Assembly: GCA_965221125.1 (NCBI GenBank)
Contig: CBDCRW010000002.1
Location: 96,001 to 160,000, forward strand
Origin: Alphaproteobacteria bacterium
Lineage (GTDB): Bacteria; Pseudomonadota; Alphaproteobacteria; UBA828
Reading direction: 5' to 3'
Length of the DNA stretch: 64,000 bases
The notes under the pieces are model-generated. The model was given only the letters and a program-made list of their open reading frames with translations. It was not told where the DNA came from and did not search any database. This document shows positions 63,201-64,000 of this stretch, piece by piece; the stretch's first letter is position 1, and the number at the start of each line of letters is the position of its first letter. Both the position numbers and the translations under genes were made by a program.

Positions 63201-63571
63201 GCGACGCGCCGTCGGCCGACGATCTGCCGCAGCTTCCCTGGGAGGCCGAGGACGGGCCTGTCTTCAAGGAGCCGTGGGAGGCGACCGCCTTCGCCATGGC
63301 GGTGCGGCTGTCGGAGGCCGGCACGTTCACCTGGTCGGAGTGGGTTGACTACCTCTCCGCCGAGATCGCGGCGGCGAAGCGCAGCGGCGAGCCCGACCTC
63401 GGCGATCGCTACTACGAGCACTGGCTGCGCGCGCTGGAGAAGCTCGTGGTCGACAAGGGGCTGGGTTCCGAAGCGGAGCTTGCCCGCCTCAAGCACGACT
63501 GGACCGAGGCGGCCGTCCATACGCCCCGCGGCAAGCCCATCGCGCTGAAGAAGCGCACGCCCGCCGATTAG
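63197..63571 (+). CDS. Nitrile hydratase accessory/activator protein (P14K-like)
   Basis: PVFKEPWEATAFAM, FTWSEW, YYEHWLRALE, HTPRGKPI. Confidence 0.9.
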   Translation: MSDAPSADDLPQLPWEAEDGPVFKEPWEATAFAMAVRLSEAGTFTWSEWVDYLSAEIAAAKRSGEPDLGDRYYEHWLRALEKLVVDKGLGSEAELARLKHDWTEAAVHTPRGKPIALKKRTPAD

Positions 63572-63595
63572 CGCGGGGCGGGCGATGGCCTCGCC

Positions 63596-64000
63596 CTAGA
63601 TCACCCTCACCGCATCGCCTCGCTTTACCGTCCCGCCCTGGATGACGAAGGCGTAGACGCCCGCGCACGGCAGCGACTCGCCGTCGAGCAGCGGGACCGG
63701 GAGGCGGTTGTGCTCGACGATGGTGCGGAGTATCTGCGGGTCCTTCGCGAGGTCCTCCTGCGCGAGGGTTGGGATCGAGCAGCGGGGCGTGGGATCGGAG
63801 ATGCGGAGCCGCACGTCCGCGCCGATGGCAAGCTCGCGGCCGACCCAGTCGTTCTCGACGAAGCCGGTTTCGCCCTCCGGCGTCGCGATCGTCACGTTGG
63901 GGCGAAAGCGGCGCGCGTTGAACTTGGACTCAGGGCGGAGTTCCGCGAGGCGCGCCATCGTCGCCGTGGTGATGAGGTGCAGCGCCGCGTAGTCCGAGAA
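63596..64000 (-). CDS. MOSC-domain protein, C-terminal part (truncated by window end)
   Basis: RRFRPNV, ENDW, PRC, GVYA..GTVKRGD. Confidence 0.88.
   Translation of the reverse strand, partial: FSDYAALHLITTATMARLAELRPESKFNARRFRPNVTIATPEGETGFVENDWVGRELAIGADVRLRISDPTPRCSIPTLAQEDLAKDPQILRTIVEHNRLPVPLLDGESLPCAGVYAFVIQGGTVKRGDAVRVI

Overview
High-GC alphaproteobacterial chromosomal window (GTTC-N7-GTTC LexA box, rpoZ-spoT, thrS-infC-rpmI-rplT-pheST-lepA, rpmF-plsX-fabH-ihfA-merR, glcDEF, gltX-comEC-lexA). It is mostly housekeeping genes plus two tRNAs (Glu-CTC, Ser-GGA), interleaved with accessory genes. The most notable observations are: (1) a dispersed family of four 150-185 bp multi-hairpin elements with compensatory base changes whose ends sit on or next to stop codons, plus two solo/collapsed derivatives; (2) a Co-type nitrile hydratase whose beta subunit is cleanly split into two translationally coupled genes; (3) a deaminase + barbiturase-like hydrolase + ThDP enzyme operon that does not match the known oxidative pyrimidine pathway; (4) an ATPase-less amino-acid ABC-type module apparently co-transcribed with a membrane HAMP-PP2C phosphatase, with a STAS gene nearby; (5) a decayed island at tRNA-Glu (phd-vapC-hsdR remnant); (6) short non-coding arrays (12 x 10 bp; 3 x GTAG-hairpin). 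No CRISPR array, rRNA, intact transposase or integrase was seen. All calls come from reading motifs by eye; no database searches were run.
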